A stretch of 35,486 nt of DNA from Prasinococcaceae sp. CCMP 1430 (lineage: Eukaryota; Plantae; Prasinodermophyta), in contig RQSC01000004.1 in NCBI GenBank assembly GCA_013416795.1, positions 1 to 35,486 of the forward strand, given 5' to 3'. Position 1 is the first letter of the stretch, and every line of letters starts with the position of its first letter. Shown here in pieces: positions 1 through 12,000 of this stretch. Below the pieces are notes generated by a model that did no database searches, had not been told where the DNA came from, and saw only the letters and a program-made list of their open reading frames with translations. Position numbers and translations under genes: made by a program.

Positions 1-119
1 GGTCTGGCCAGCGTTGAACACCGGCCCGGCGGCCGGCGGACGATCGGACGCAGGCGCGCTCGGGTGCGTCGAGACGGAGCGGTGCGCCTCATCGGGGCGG
101 GTGCCGGCGTGCCGCGGAC

Positions 120-871
120 TCACTCGGCGGGCCTCTCGGCGAGCTCCGCGCGCTCCACGAGCTCGGCGGTGAGCTCCTCGAACTCCTCGAGGGTGCAGCC
201 GAAGGTGTGCGTCCCGCCGTGCTGGTCATTCGGGCGCATTTCGCGCAGCATGGCGAGGAGCCGCCTCTCGTGCGACGCCTCCTCGGGCATGCGCTTGAGT
301 ATCATGGAGCTCGCACCGGCGCCGGCCTGCGAGGATGGAATGGGCTCACACGCCGCAGCGAGGGCGTCCTGCAGTGCCGTCGGCAGCTCCTCCAGCGGGA
401 TGACGGCGTCGGCGTTGACACCGCGCGCGTGCTTTTTGAAGGTCTCGTCGACACGGCTCAGCACGTCTCGCAGCACCTCCAGGCGCGCCACGCGTGGCCC
501 CATGTTGCGAGCGGCAGCGATGTGAGTACGGCGTTCGGCCGCCTCGCGCGAGCGCCGGACTGCCAGCTCTACGTCGCGCGACAGGTACTCCGCCTCGAAG
601 CCAGACTCGCCGCCACCGCCGTTAATGCCTGTGCCTGCACCGCGCGGCTCTCCCGGTCAGCCGATCAACGCGCAGTGCTTGCGGCGCGCCGCTACGCAAG
701 CCACACCAGCACGCGGGGCAAGCAGGGCGCGCTTGCCCTTGGCACGAGACGTACCTCGCCCCACTGCTGCGAGCGCGACGACGCGATCGTCGGGCGGCGC
801 CTTGCTCTGGCGGTGGTCCCGGCGCTCGCCCTCGAAGCGGCGGCGCTGGCGGCGGCGCGCGCCGGCGACCG
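120..871 (-). CDS. Uncharacterised protein, 3' part (5' end lost in gap 872-1693); exons 871-755 and 628-120
   Basis: Donor GAG|GTACGT at 754 and acceptor CACAG|GC at 629 define a 126-bp intron. It joins the upstream frame (RRRFEGERRDHRQSKAPP...) in frame to the 503..120 ORF, which stops at TGA 122-120. The C-terminus has weak EF-hand-like helices (IPLEELPTAL, CTLEEFEEL). Confidence 0.65.
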
Positions 872-1693
872 NNNNNNNNNNNNNNNNNNNNNNNNNNNNN
901 NNNNNNNNNNNNNNNNNNNNNNNNNNNNNNNNNNNNNNNNNNNNNNNNNNNNNNNNNNNNNNNNNNNNNNNNNNNNNNNNNNNNNNNNNNNNNNNNNNNN
1001 NNNNNNNNNNNNNNNNNNNNNNNNNNNNNNNNNNNNNNNNNNNNNNNNNNNNNNNNNNNNNNNNNNNNNNNNNNNNNNNNNNNNNNNNNNNNNNNNNNNN
1101 NNNNNNNNNNNNNNNNNNNNNNNNNNNNNNNNNNNNNNNNNNNNNNNNNNNNNNNNNNNNNNNNNNNNNNNNNNNNNNNNNNNNNNNNNNNNNNNNNNNN
1201 NNNNNNNNNNNNNNNNNNNNNNNNNNNNNNNNNNNNNNNNNNNNNNNNNNNNNNNNNNNNNNNNNNNNNNNNNNNNNNNNNNNNNNNNNNNNNNNNNNNN
1301 NNNNNNNNNNNNNNNNNNNNNNNNNNNNNNNNNNNNNNNNNNNNNNNNNNNNNNNNNNNNNNNNNNNNNNNNNNNNNNNNNNNNNNNNNNNNNNNNNNNN
1401 NNNNNNNNNNNNNNNNNNNNNNNNNNNNNNNNNNNNNNNNNNNNNNNNNNNNNNNNNNNNNNNNNNNNNNNNNNNNNNNNNNNNNNNNNNNNNNNNNNNN
1501 NNNNNNNNNNNNNNNNNNNNNNNNNNNNNNNNNNNNNNNNNNNNNNNNNNNNNNNNNNNNNNNNNNNNNNNNNNNNNNNNNNNNNNNNNNNNNNNNNNNN
1601 NNNNNNNNNNNNNNNNNNNNNNNNNNNNNNNNNNNNNNNNNNNNNNNNNNNNNNNNNNNNNNNNNNNNNNNNNNNNNNNNNNNNNNNNNNNNN
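872..1693. other. Assembly gap (N run), followed by a G homopolymer
   Basis: N bases 872-1693, with G-runs starting at 1694. Confidence 1.
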
Positions 1694-1871
1694 GGGGGGG
1701 GGGGGTGATGGTGAGGTGGTGGCGTCGGTGGCTGGGTGGAGCGGTGGGCGTGGGCGGGTGGGTTGTGTGGTGGTGCGCTATGTAAAAAGACAGTCATATA
1801 ACTTTACGAGTTCTAATGAAGATGGGGGAGCTTGGCCGCCCTCCTCTCGAGCCCCTCGACCGCTCCTCGCG

Positions 1872-3314
1872 ATGAACGATGCTCTGGCCGCGGCGACCGC
1901 GGCGGCGGTCGTGGCAGCGGCGGCGGTAGGGAGCGTGGCGGGGCGGGCGCGCGCGACGGCTGAAGCAGTATCTCGACCACAGAGAGTGAGGAACGTCATG
2001 TCGAACAGCGCAACGTCTGACTCAGCGCCGAGCTCTGCGAGCAGCACAGAGCTGGCGCCCTCGGACGACGACCTGGGGGAAAATGGCAGCGAAAGAGACG
2101 CGTGCCGCGCGCACTCGCGTACGAGCAGCCTGAGCAGTGCGGCGTGCACCGAGTGTCCCATTTGCTCGGAACCCTTGCGCATCGCGCAGGCAATGCCTCC
2201 TCTCAGAGGCAACGACGGCCGTGGAGGCGACGGCCAGCGTGGCTCGTCGGAGGAGGCAGGGGCCGCCACGGCCTGCTCGGGCTCGAGCTCCTCGTCAGGC
2301 GACGTGGTGGTCGATGTTGAAGGGGGCGTCGATGGCGGCGACGGCAGTGGGGGCGCTCGAGGCACCATCCGCCGGACGCGGCATCGTTGGCGACGCCTCG
2401 TGTGGATCCTCAAGACCTTTTGCGCGACAGGCGGGAACTCCCGGGGCGCAGGAGTGGGCGAGCGCGGCACCACCGGCGCTGGTTCGGCAGCGGGCATTGC
2501 CACTGCAGGAGGCGCGGGCACTCTCCACAAGGAGATCTACGTCTGGCCGTGCTGTGATTGCACGTGCTGCCAGGATTGCGCAGAGACGTGGGCAGCCAGG
2601 CAGACACTTGCAGGCGGAGGGCAGCGCACGTGTCCATTCTGCAGAGCGGCCATCAGATCTTCCACGCATCCGGACCTCAGCGAAGCCGCCGATGCACTCG
2701 CGCGCGAGTTAGCCGCTGTCACCACACCCACCGCCGACGCGCTGCGCCAAGAGCGCCGGGGGCGCGCGGAGCGCCTGGCCAACATGAGCCCTTTTCGACG
2801 TGGATTTCTCCGCTTCTTCGAGGTGCGTAGTTGCTGTCGTTCCAAGCAGGTCTGTAGCTCTTTAGACAGCTGCTGCGAGCTAACAGAGAGCGTCGTCGCG
2901 CGCATCACTCTCCGGTATTGCCGGGGGTGGGCGGTGCGCGTCTGCCTGCGCGGCGTGGGTGATCTTCTGGGGCTGGCGGCAGGCCGTTGGGATGGACCTG
3001 TCAGATCCCTATTGCGTGGCGGTGCTCGGCCTCTTCCTGCTCCTCTTCGGCGTCGCTGCCTTCTTCTGGGTCAGCGTTGGCAGGCGCCTCAGCGAATGAC
3101 GCTTTGTACCGTACGTACTACCTAAGGTAGTTGTGTTGACACGCCTCGTTGGCGCGCGCGGTCGCCTCCTCGCCACATCAATCATCGATCGCCAACCCAC
3201 GCATGGTGATCGCTCATCGCTCGCACTCAGGACAACTGCTCGTGGGGCTGCGTCCTCCCGCTCGCGTTCATCGGCGCGATTCTGCTGCTCATTTATCTGC
3301 CACGAAAGAAATGA
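1872..3314 (+). CDS. RING-like zinc-finger protein with C-terminal transmembrane segments (putative membrane E3 ligase); exon structure uncertain
   Basis: ATG at 1872. Motifs CPIC ... WPCCDCTCCQDCAETW ... CPFCR. Likely intron 2823-2886 (GAG|GTGCGT ... CTAACAG) leads to hydrophobic WVIFWGW and YCVAVLGLFLLLFGVAAFFW. The gene either stops at TGA 3097-3099 or splices 3070-3230 (TGG|GTCAGC ... ACTCAG) into DNCSWGCVLPLAFIGAILLLIYLPRKK* ending at 3314. Confidence 0.6.
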
Positions 3315-3558
3315 TTGCCTCACGCCCCGAGAGGCCGGCGCCTCCGTCAGGTTGGCGGGGCGGTGGGGAGGACCGCCGCGCCTGCGGACTCGAGCGTGCC
3401 GACTTTGCGTCGCCGGCAGCGCCGCCCACTCGGCGTGCACGACAACAGCACCCTCGACGGTGCCCCGTCACTCGCAGGCGCGTTGGCGGAGCCCCCCAGC
3501 GGCACTGGCATTCGGGTCAAAAATTTAGGGTGCAAAACTGGTATCATTGTTCCCATCC

Positions 3559-3614
3559 CAACAGCCACTCAACAGCCCATCAACAGCCACTCAACAGCCC
3601 ACTCAACAGCCAAT
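3559..3614 (+). repeat. Five tandem copies of an 11-12 bp unit CAACAGCC(C)A(C)T upstream of RPC3
   Basis: Units begin at 3559, 3570, 3581, 3592 and 3604. Confidence 0.9.
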
Positions 3615-3831
3615 CAAACGCTGCCACCCATCAAAACCCGAACCAATGCCTCTGGCGCACTGTCCATATGAAAATGCATTCGAAAGAAGTCGCCCGTGGG
3701 CAAAGGCGTCGTGGGACCCCCGGCGGCGGCGGCCAGGCGGGCGGGCGGGCGGCGGCGGCTGCGAGTGCCACTCGCGGCGCCTCAAGGGGGTGCGAGGGGG
3801 GGAGGGGCGCTTTTTGGAGCTGCTTGACGCG

Positions 3832-5906
3832 ATGGCCGCGACTACGAGCGTGGACCTGGGCGCGCTCACGCAGGGGCAGCACGCCTCCAACCTCGCGGCG
3901 GAGCTGCTCTTCACGCAGTTTGGCGAGGTGGTGGAGGTCGCGGCCGGCGTGCTGGCGGCGTACGGCCCGCTGGATGTGCAAGGTCTGGCGCGGCGCCTGC
4001 CGGAGCAGTTCGGCTCGCCGAAGGAGCGTTGGGAGCACGCGCAGGGCGCGCTCACCGTGCTCCTGCAGCACCGGTGTGCCCACTGCCGGCGCGAGCGGCC
4101 GCGCTCCGCGCGCCGTAAGCACGGCGCGGCCGCGGCGGAAGACCCACCTCGCGTGACATTCACGCTCGACGTTCCCGCGGTGCTCGAGCGCGCGCGCTTC
4201 CCGTGGTTCATGTCGTACGTCGAGCGCGTGATCGCGCGCGGCGGCGGCGCCGCGGCGGTGCGAGCGAAAGGGGGCGGCATGCAGCCCGTGCGCTGCACTC
4301 CGCTAGGGGTGCGGATGGTGCTGCGCTGCCTCATCTTTCGCGGGCGCTCCTCGTGGGATAAGGTGCTCGAGGACACCGCGCGCGCGCGGGTGGACGCGCA
4401 GAAGGAGGCGGAGCAGCACGGGGGGCAGGAGGTGGCAGTGGCGGAGGACGCCGAGCTGCTGCCCGCACTCTACACGCTCGTCGCCGAGCGGCTGGTCCAG
4501 CGCTCGCCGCGGCTCGTCTACGATGAGGTCGAGCGGGAGGAGGAGTTTCACACCAAAGGCTCGAAGAAAGCCAAGGAGGCGGCCGCAGAGAATCGCAAGC
4601 GCGAGCGCGCCGCGCGCCACGACCCGCAGCGATTCAAGATCGCAGCGGGGGACCGCGAAGCCGCGGCCGCGCTCGCAAACAAGCCGGCTGACAAGGTCGC
4701 CAAGGCGGGCAGCCTGCCCAAGCCCGCCCCCTCGGTCATGTGGACTATCAACTGGGCAGAGTTCAACCACCGCATGCTCATCGAGCTGACGGCCGACCTG
4801 GTCGACCGCGCGGTGGGCAACGAGGAGCCCGACCCCGACAGCGAGCAGGACAGTCCGGAGATGGACGCGTGGCGGTGGCTCGCTGCGGCCGAGCCCAAGG
4901 CGTCGGTGCTCCCCACCGACGAGGACGAGGACGACGAAACGGGGCCCCTGGGCTTCAGCGCACGGCTCACCGAAGCAGAGCTGGTGGATCGCATGAAGAG
5001 CCAGGGATACAAGAAACTGGCCGTGACCAGGGCGCTGAAGAACCTGACGGACGCATACCCCGTGCTGGTGACCAGGTCGGAGGACGTCGACGGTCAGACG
5101 CGGCTGTGCGCCGACGTCAAGTACGCGCTGGCCAAGCAGCGCCGCCGCTTCATTTGCAACGTGGTGCGCTCGACGTTCGCGGCTGAGGGCAGCGGGCGAG
5201 ACCCCGCCGCCGCCGACGAGCGGGACCAGGGCGAGGCGGCCGCGCGCATCATCGCGATGCTGCTTGAGAAGGGCCACATGGAGATCAAGCAGATCTCCGA
5301 CACGGCCATGCTGAAGATGAAGGACGCGCGGCAGCTGCTCTACCGCATGGTGACTGAGGGCTTCCTGGCCATGAACGAGGTGCAGCGCGGCACGGAGCGT
5401 CAGCCCAACCGCTCCATCTTCTTGTGGTATGTCAACGAGGACCAGCTGGTGAAGCGCGTGGGCGTGCAGTGCCTCCACACGCTGGTGGCGCTCTACCGCG
5501 CGGAGCGCAAGCTGTGGGAGGACGACACGGACGTCATCAGGGCAATCGACGCCACAGCGCTCTCGGAGGACGCGCCGCCTCTCAACGACGAGCACATGAG
5601 GATAATCAACAAGCTGACCGAGGTGAGTGCCTCGGCGCGCGTGCGTCATGTGGCGGTGTCGCTCGCCAGGCTCCCCGCGGCCACTTCCTCGCTGCCTCTC
5701 GCGCATGCCGCGCCCGCTCTGACACCGCGGCCCATCCGCGCGAAAACTGTCGCTCGCAGCCCACCAACGCCTTGCAGAAGGCCGCGATCGACCTGGAGCT
5801 GCTGTTCTTCGCGACACGCGCCGGCTGGGCAGACGTCGACAAGGTGCAGCGCGACACAGCGCAGCGCAAGAAGGAGAAGAAGAGCGGCACCGTCGGCGAC
5901 GCCTGA
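3832..5906 (+). CDS. RPC3: DNA-directed RNA polymerase III subunit RPC3 (C82/RPC62); exons 3832-5622 and 5760-5906
   Basis: N-terminal 'LLFTQFGEVVEVAAGVLAAYGPL' and the characteristic winged-helix segment 'RIIAMLLEKGHMEIKQISDTAMLKMKDARQLLYRMVTEGFLAMNEVQRGTERQPNRSIFLWYVN'. A phase-0 intron at 5623-5759 (GAG|GTGAGT ... CGCAG) joins to PTNALQKAAIDLELLFF...GDA*. Confidence 0.88.
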
Positions 5907-6064
5907 GCGATGCCGATCGCTCCTCTGGACTCGGCAGCGCAGGGTCGTGGTGCACTGCTGGGTTGAATGGGCAAATTATTAAAATGTAGGCTGAGGTACT
6001 GTACTCGAGTGTTGGGGATTCCGTGTAGTTTGTGTGAGTGTGTGTGCAGCGCGCCACTTGCTGC

Positions 6065-9000
6065 CTACGCGATGTCGAGGAAGGCCGCGACGCCGGCGAC
6101 GGCCCACTTGAGCTCTGCGTGCTTCGATCTGATCTGCGCGGTGAAGACCTCCTCGCGGAAGCGCCGCTCGGTCTTGTACACCGGGCACTGGTACACGTCT
6201 CTCACGTCCGCCTTCTCGGCGGTGACCGCGCGCACCAGCACCACGGGCAGCTGGCTGTAGAGCTCCTTCGGGTGCGAGTCCTCAAGCGAGCCGGTCTTCT
6301 CGTCCCAGCGCGCACCCTCGAGCGTCAGGCCATGTATGAAGGCGCCGTCGCGGGCCGGGGCCTCGATGGCGTCGAGCTGCTTCTTGGTCACCTCGGTGAG
6401 CACCACGGTCTTGTCCAGCGGCCAGTCATTGCGGCGCGCGGTCGTCTGCATGACCGCCGTCAGGAACGACTGCGGATTGAACAGGCCGCTCAGCCACGTG
6501 ACCTTGGGCAGGCCAAGGTCCGCCGACCAGTCGGAGAGCTGCGACACGCGCTGCAGCAGGTTGACGAGCCAGCTCCCGAGGCCGCGCAGGCTCGGGTAGG
6601 CGATCTTCTCCCACGACGCGGGCACGCGGTCCTCGGCGAGGGCGAACATGATGTTCTCCATGGGCTCCGACATCGTCAGGTCGCCCTTGAGGCCCAGATC
6701 GAGCTCGAGCAGCGAGCGGCGGATCTCCACGAGCAGCTTGTTCATGCGCTCCACCTCCTGCACGCACACCATCGCGTAGGGCGTCACCTCCTCCATGCCG
6801 CTGCGAATGTCCTCCATGTCGAAGATCTCCGGCAGGCGCTCCAGCAGGTCGTCCAGCACCATCTTGGCCTGGTCCTCGGTCGACATGCCCTCCGTCGCGC
6901 CGGCCTCGCGCGGCTGCAGCGCGAAGATCGATGCGCAGAGCGCGTCGCCCTCGCGCAGGCGGAAGCCGATCTCGGCGTTGGGGTGCAAGCCGAACGCCAG
7001 GGGCGTCTCCGCGGGCATGGCGCTGATGTAGTCGAGCGTCTGCGCACGGTTGAGGCCCGACGGCGGGGTCGAGAAGCCAGGGAAGAACTCGATGCCCTCG
7101 AGCAGCTCTTCCTGGAAGTAGAGCTCGAGGTACGCCGCACATAGCCGGCGGTCCCAGTCCTCCACCACGTGGCCGCCGTACATGATCTCGCCGAAGATGT
7201 AGCGCAGGTCCTCCCACGGCACCTTGTTGTTGGCCTCGAGGTAGTTGTTGGCCACGTTGCCGCAGCACAGCAGGTCGCCCACGTTGAACGGGTAGTTCAT
7301 GTTCCAGCCGATGCCGCTGGTGGAGCCAGGCAGGTTGCTGACGCCGAACTTCTTGCGCTCCAGCAGCGCCGCGTGGAAGTACGACAGCGCGAACACCACG
7401 CTCTGGAACTCGGCCTGCTTGGCGCAGCTCTCGAGCATGTCCTGCGAGAAGTTCTCGTACGCGCGCGCCAAGTTGGCCTGCAGGCCGGCGGGCGGCTCGT
7501 TGGAGAGCTTGATCGAGTTCTGCAGGATGGAGATGGCGATGCCGCGTTCGAGGCTCGGCGGCGGCTCCGCGCTGATGAAGAGGCGGAACGACTCCTCTGC
7601 GCCCTCGGCGAGCTTGTCCACCACCTTCTCGAGCGCACCGTTGGTCCAGTCGATGGTCAGGTGCACATTCTGCAGGAGCACCCATCCGCCGGTCTTGCGC
7701 GCGTGCTGCAGCGCGTTCATGGCGGGCTCCTCCTGGCCCTGACCGAGCGAGATGGAGGCGTACTTGCCGGCCTCGGCGGTCATGCCCATATTCTCGCCCA
7801 TAGCCTCGATGTACGCGGCAACGTCCACGCCGGGACTCAGGAAGAAGAAGATGGGCACGCCGGGCGCCGTGTCGGAGAACGCGGCCTCCAGGTCGAACGG
7901 CACGGGCTTGGTGTACTTCTCGCCGATGACCGACTTGACGAACGCAACCATAGCGTTGGTCAGGCGGTCGGGTCGCAGCACGCGGAAGAGCAGCAGCCGG
8001 TGGAAGTCGGAGAGCTTCTTCCAGTCGCCCGGCGGCGGCTCGAGCTCAGGGCGCTCGAGCTCCATCCACTCGCGCCAGCGCTTGGCGCTTCCCACGAGGT
8101 CGTCCGCGAGCGTGCTGAAGTCCTCCAGCTGGACGAGCGCCTGCACGCTCGCCCACACGCTCGAGCTGACCCACTCGGCCACCGGATTCTCCACGCCCTC
8201 GACCTTGGGGCCGCGCGTGAGGAAGTCGAAGAGCGCCACGGGCAGCTCGCCGCGCTGCTTGAGGATCATCATGCACAGCTGCGTGGCCATGGTGAGCTTG
8301 TCCTTCTCGAAAAGGCCCTGCGAGATGTATGCGAACGTGGTGTACGAAGTCTCGTCGATGAGCATCTCCACGCGCTTAGTGACCTCGACCTGCTTGCCGA
8401 GCCGGCGGCTCTCGGGCACCCTGGACTCGTCCACGCCGCCCGGAGTGATGTCGATGCCCTTGTTGAGCACGTACTGGTAGTTTGCCATTGAGTACTGGTA
8501 CACGCGGTCGAGCACGTTGAGCGAATCGATCAGGAAGTACACCAACGACCCGCGCGCCGCGACCGGGCGGTACACCTCGCGCGCTGTCGAGATCTCGATC
8601 TCGGTGGTCTTCGCCAGCTCGACCTTCTCCTCGATCTCGTGCGCTGTGCGCTTGGTCTCCTCGAGGCCCTCGATGAGCGCAATGTCCTCGAGGATGTCGC
8701 CCTGCGACGCCGCCAGGCGCGCCAGGAGGGCGTCCTCCAGCTCGCCTAGGGTGATCTCGTACTGGTTGAGCTGCTTGACCAGATTCTGCGACTGCTCCTG
8801 CAGGTCGGGCCTCTCCTTGCCCACTACCACCGCGAGTAGCTGCTCTTCGAGCCCGTAAGGCGTGACCATGAAGTTCACCAGCGTGGTCTGCGCGTTAATC
8901 TCCGGCGAGTAGTGCGGGTTCGAAAGCTTGGACTGCAGGTACAGGCGGAAGTTGGGATCATATGAAATCTCCTTTTCTCCTAGCTGTATGAGCAGATTGC

Positions 9001-12000
9001 GGCCGCGGCGGATCGTCTGACGCGCGATCACCGGGTCGAGGACCGCATCGATCTCCTCCGAGAGGTTCTCGATCATGAGCGGGATGCCGTTCTCGATGCA
9101 GTGCTCCACCTTGTCGATGTAGCGGTCTGTGGAGAGCTGCAGGACGACCATCTTCTCGCCCTCGCGGTTGAGGATCCACTTGATGCCCTGGAGCTGCGGG
9201 TCGATCATCAGCGGCCACCGAGCGGCGTTGCTCATGATGGCGCCGTTCTCAATCGACAGCATGTCGGAGGGCAAGCCCTCGTTGGACCACTGCGCCTTGG
9301 TGGCGTTGTCCGCGAGGTGCGTGAGCGGCAGCGTGCCCTCTGAGTGCGGGATGCCGCGCTCGGCCAGGTCGGGGATCCACTTCGTGGTGGTGAGGTCATC
9401 ACGGAAGCTGCTGGAGAAGGGGCCGGCGTACACGACGAATGCCGCGCTCATCATCGAGTCGCCGATGAGCTTAGTCTCCTGCACGCCGAACGATTCGACG
9501 GCCTCACCCCAGCGCTTGTTCTCGCCGGAGAGGCCGTTGATGAGGCGGTCGGCGAGGCCGGCCTTGGCCTCCGTCTTCTCCGCCGCCGCCACGGCGGCGT
9601 TCTTGTCCTCGGTCGCCTTGAAGAGGTTCTCCTCGAGCAGCGCTACGCGGTCCTGCAGGTCCTTCACCTTGGAGCGGATGCCAGACAGCTTGTCGTTGGC
9701 ATCTTCGAGCTTCTTGTTCGCCTTGGCGAGCGCCTCGCGCTTGGGCGCGACCACCTGGTAGATCCTGAAGTACTTGCAGATGTTGATCACCCAGGCGCAC
9801 AGGCCGGCCGCAGCGCCTGACTTGGCCTTGATGACCTCCGGGGTGAAGCCCTCGAGCGAAACATAGTCCTTCTCTACGCGCTCGACGCAGTTGAGCGGCG
9901 TGTTGTCCTTGTCGAAGTTGACCAGGCTCTTGAGGAACTGGTCCACATTGCCCATGAACTTCTTGCCCGCCTGCCAGCTGAGGTCCTTGGGGATCTTGCC
10001 TTTGGGCGCGCACAGCACCATGCACGCCGACACGACCGCCACCACGTCGGCGGCGGGCGAGCCGAAGGACTTGAGCTCACCGAGCGAGCCCTTGTCGAGC
10101 GAGTTGAGGGCTGCCTCGGCAGCCTGGATGATGGGCTCGGCGGCTTTGAGGTCCTCCTCACACTCCGCCTGGAAGGCCGCCACCTCCTCGGCGATCTTGG
10201 CGCACTCCTCCTCGTCGGCGCGGCCCGCCTCGACGGCCTCATCGACGGTGACCTTTTCTTGGCCGATCGAAACGATGAGCGCGTCGGTCGCCTGCTTCTT
10301 CTCCTCGACGATGATCTGCTCCTGCTTGAGGTTCTCCTGCAGGTCGGCAACCTGGGCCGACGCCGAGGCGATCTTGTCCAGGCCAGACTCGAGCCGCTCA
10401 CGCTGCTTGCCGAGGCCCTCGCGCTTCTCCTGGAGCAGCGACTTGTACAGCGCGATGAACTCGAGGTACGACTTGGGGGTGGTGTAGCAGTGGCGGCGCT
10501 CGCGCAGGCCGAACGAGCTGGCCGCATCGGTGGCGGCGATGTGCGCGCTGGCCATGTGATGGGCGAGGTTCTCGCGCAGGTCGTCGTCCAGGCCAGGAAC
10601 GTCCGTGAGGAAGCGGCCTGCGACACTGATGAGGGCCTCCTGCGGCCACGGCAGAAACATGTCGAAGACCGTCGAGTTGATGAGCGCCGGGAACTGGCGC
10701 GCGCGGATGCGGAACTTGTCGCCCACCGGCGAGAAGCACAGCACCACGTGCAGGTACTTGCGGACCTTGGAGATGAAGAAGTTGAAGCAGTTCTCCGGGC
10801 TTTCGACGATACCCGCCTGCTTGACCTCGCTGCGCACAGCGTTCGCCATTGTCTCCTTCTCCTCGGGCGAGAACAGGTCAGGGATGTAGCCGCTGCTGAG
10901 GAGGTCGTTGATGTACACAAGGAACTCCTCGTTGATGATCTGCGTGTCCGTCATGATGAAGCTCACGGGCACGCCCTTCACGCCCGCCTTGTTGTACAGC
11001 GTCAGCAGGTTCTCCTTGAGGTCGGCGATGCCGTACGTGCCGGTGATCTGAATCATGAAGACATCGTAGCCGCAGATGAACGACGCGAGCTTGGCCAGGC
11101 TCTGCTTGCCGCTGCCGCCCACGCCCACAAGCATGGCGTTGCCCGCGGGCAGGTCGATGATGCGCGCGATGCGCGTCACGTGCTCCATCGCCTGCTGGAA
11201 GAGCACGAGGTTCATCACGGGATTGCCCTCGTTGTACTCGGCCAGGCGCTCCTCCAGCGCGGCGCGCAGCTTGTCGTAGGAGTCCACCGCCGCGTACACC
11301 GGCGAGTCGTCCGCCGTGCGCGTCATGAACGACGTGTAGAGCAGCGGGCGGGCCTCGACGGCCTCCTGGTTCTGGTCCTCGAAGTACTTCTTCGTGCAGG
11401 CCTGCCGCAGCTTCTCGAAGGCCGCGACGTCGCTCGGCAGCAGGCGGTCGAGGAAGACGCGCTCGCACTCGTGCACCCACAGGCGCACGACCTTGAGCGG
11501 GTCGGTGTAGTACTCGGGAAGCATGCGGCAGAGTCCCTGCGTGACGTTGGACAGCTCGCGCAGGTTGAAGAGGTACTGGAACTTGGTCGCGCTCGGTAGG
11601 AACGAGTTGGCGACCAGCCGATGGAGCTCGACGGTCGCGTTTGCGAGCTTGGGCGCCAGCGCGGCCACCTCGGGGTCGAAGCCGAAGCCCATGTGGCCCT
11701 CGATGATGGCGCCGTAGATGGAGCGCACAATGTCGGCGCCGGGCACTTGCACGGCGAACGTGGCGAAGTGCCGCTGCATGCGCGGCGTGATGGTGAACGA
11801 GCCCGCCGTCGGGTTCATGCAGGCGAGCAGCTGCGAGTTGAGCACCTCCTTGAGCACGATCTTGGCCTTGTCGTACCAGCCGCGGTAGTCGACGAACTGG
11901 CGCAGCAGCTCGATGGGCGACTGCGTGTCGTACTTGTCCACGTAGGGCATGTTCATGTCGTCCACGAGGTAGATGAGGCGGCGCGAGCCCGGCGGGCCAA

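Noticed and set aside
207-1871. 972-aa ORF spanning the first gap, and similar X-containing ORFs near 31566-32930 and 33535-34219
   Set aside because: Artefacts of translating through N runs.
3559-3614. Short regularly spaced repeats considered as a CRISPR array
   Set aside because: The units are 11-12 bp and adjacent with no unique spacers, the genome is eukaryotic, and there are no cas genes.
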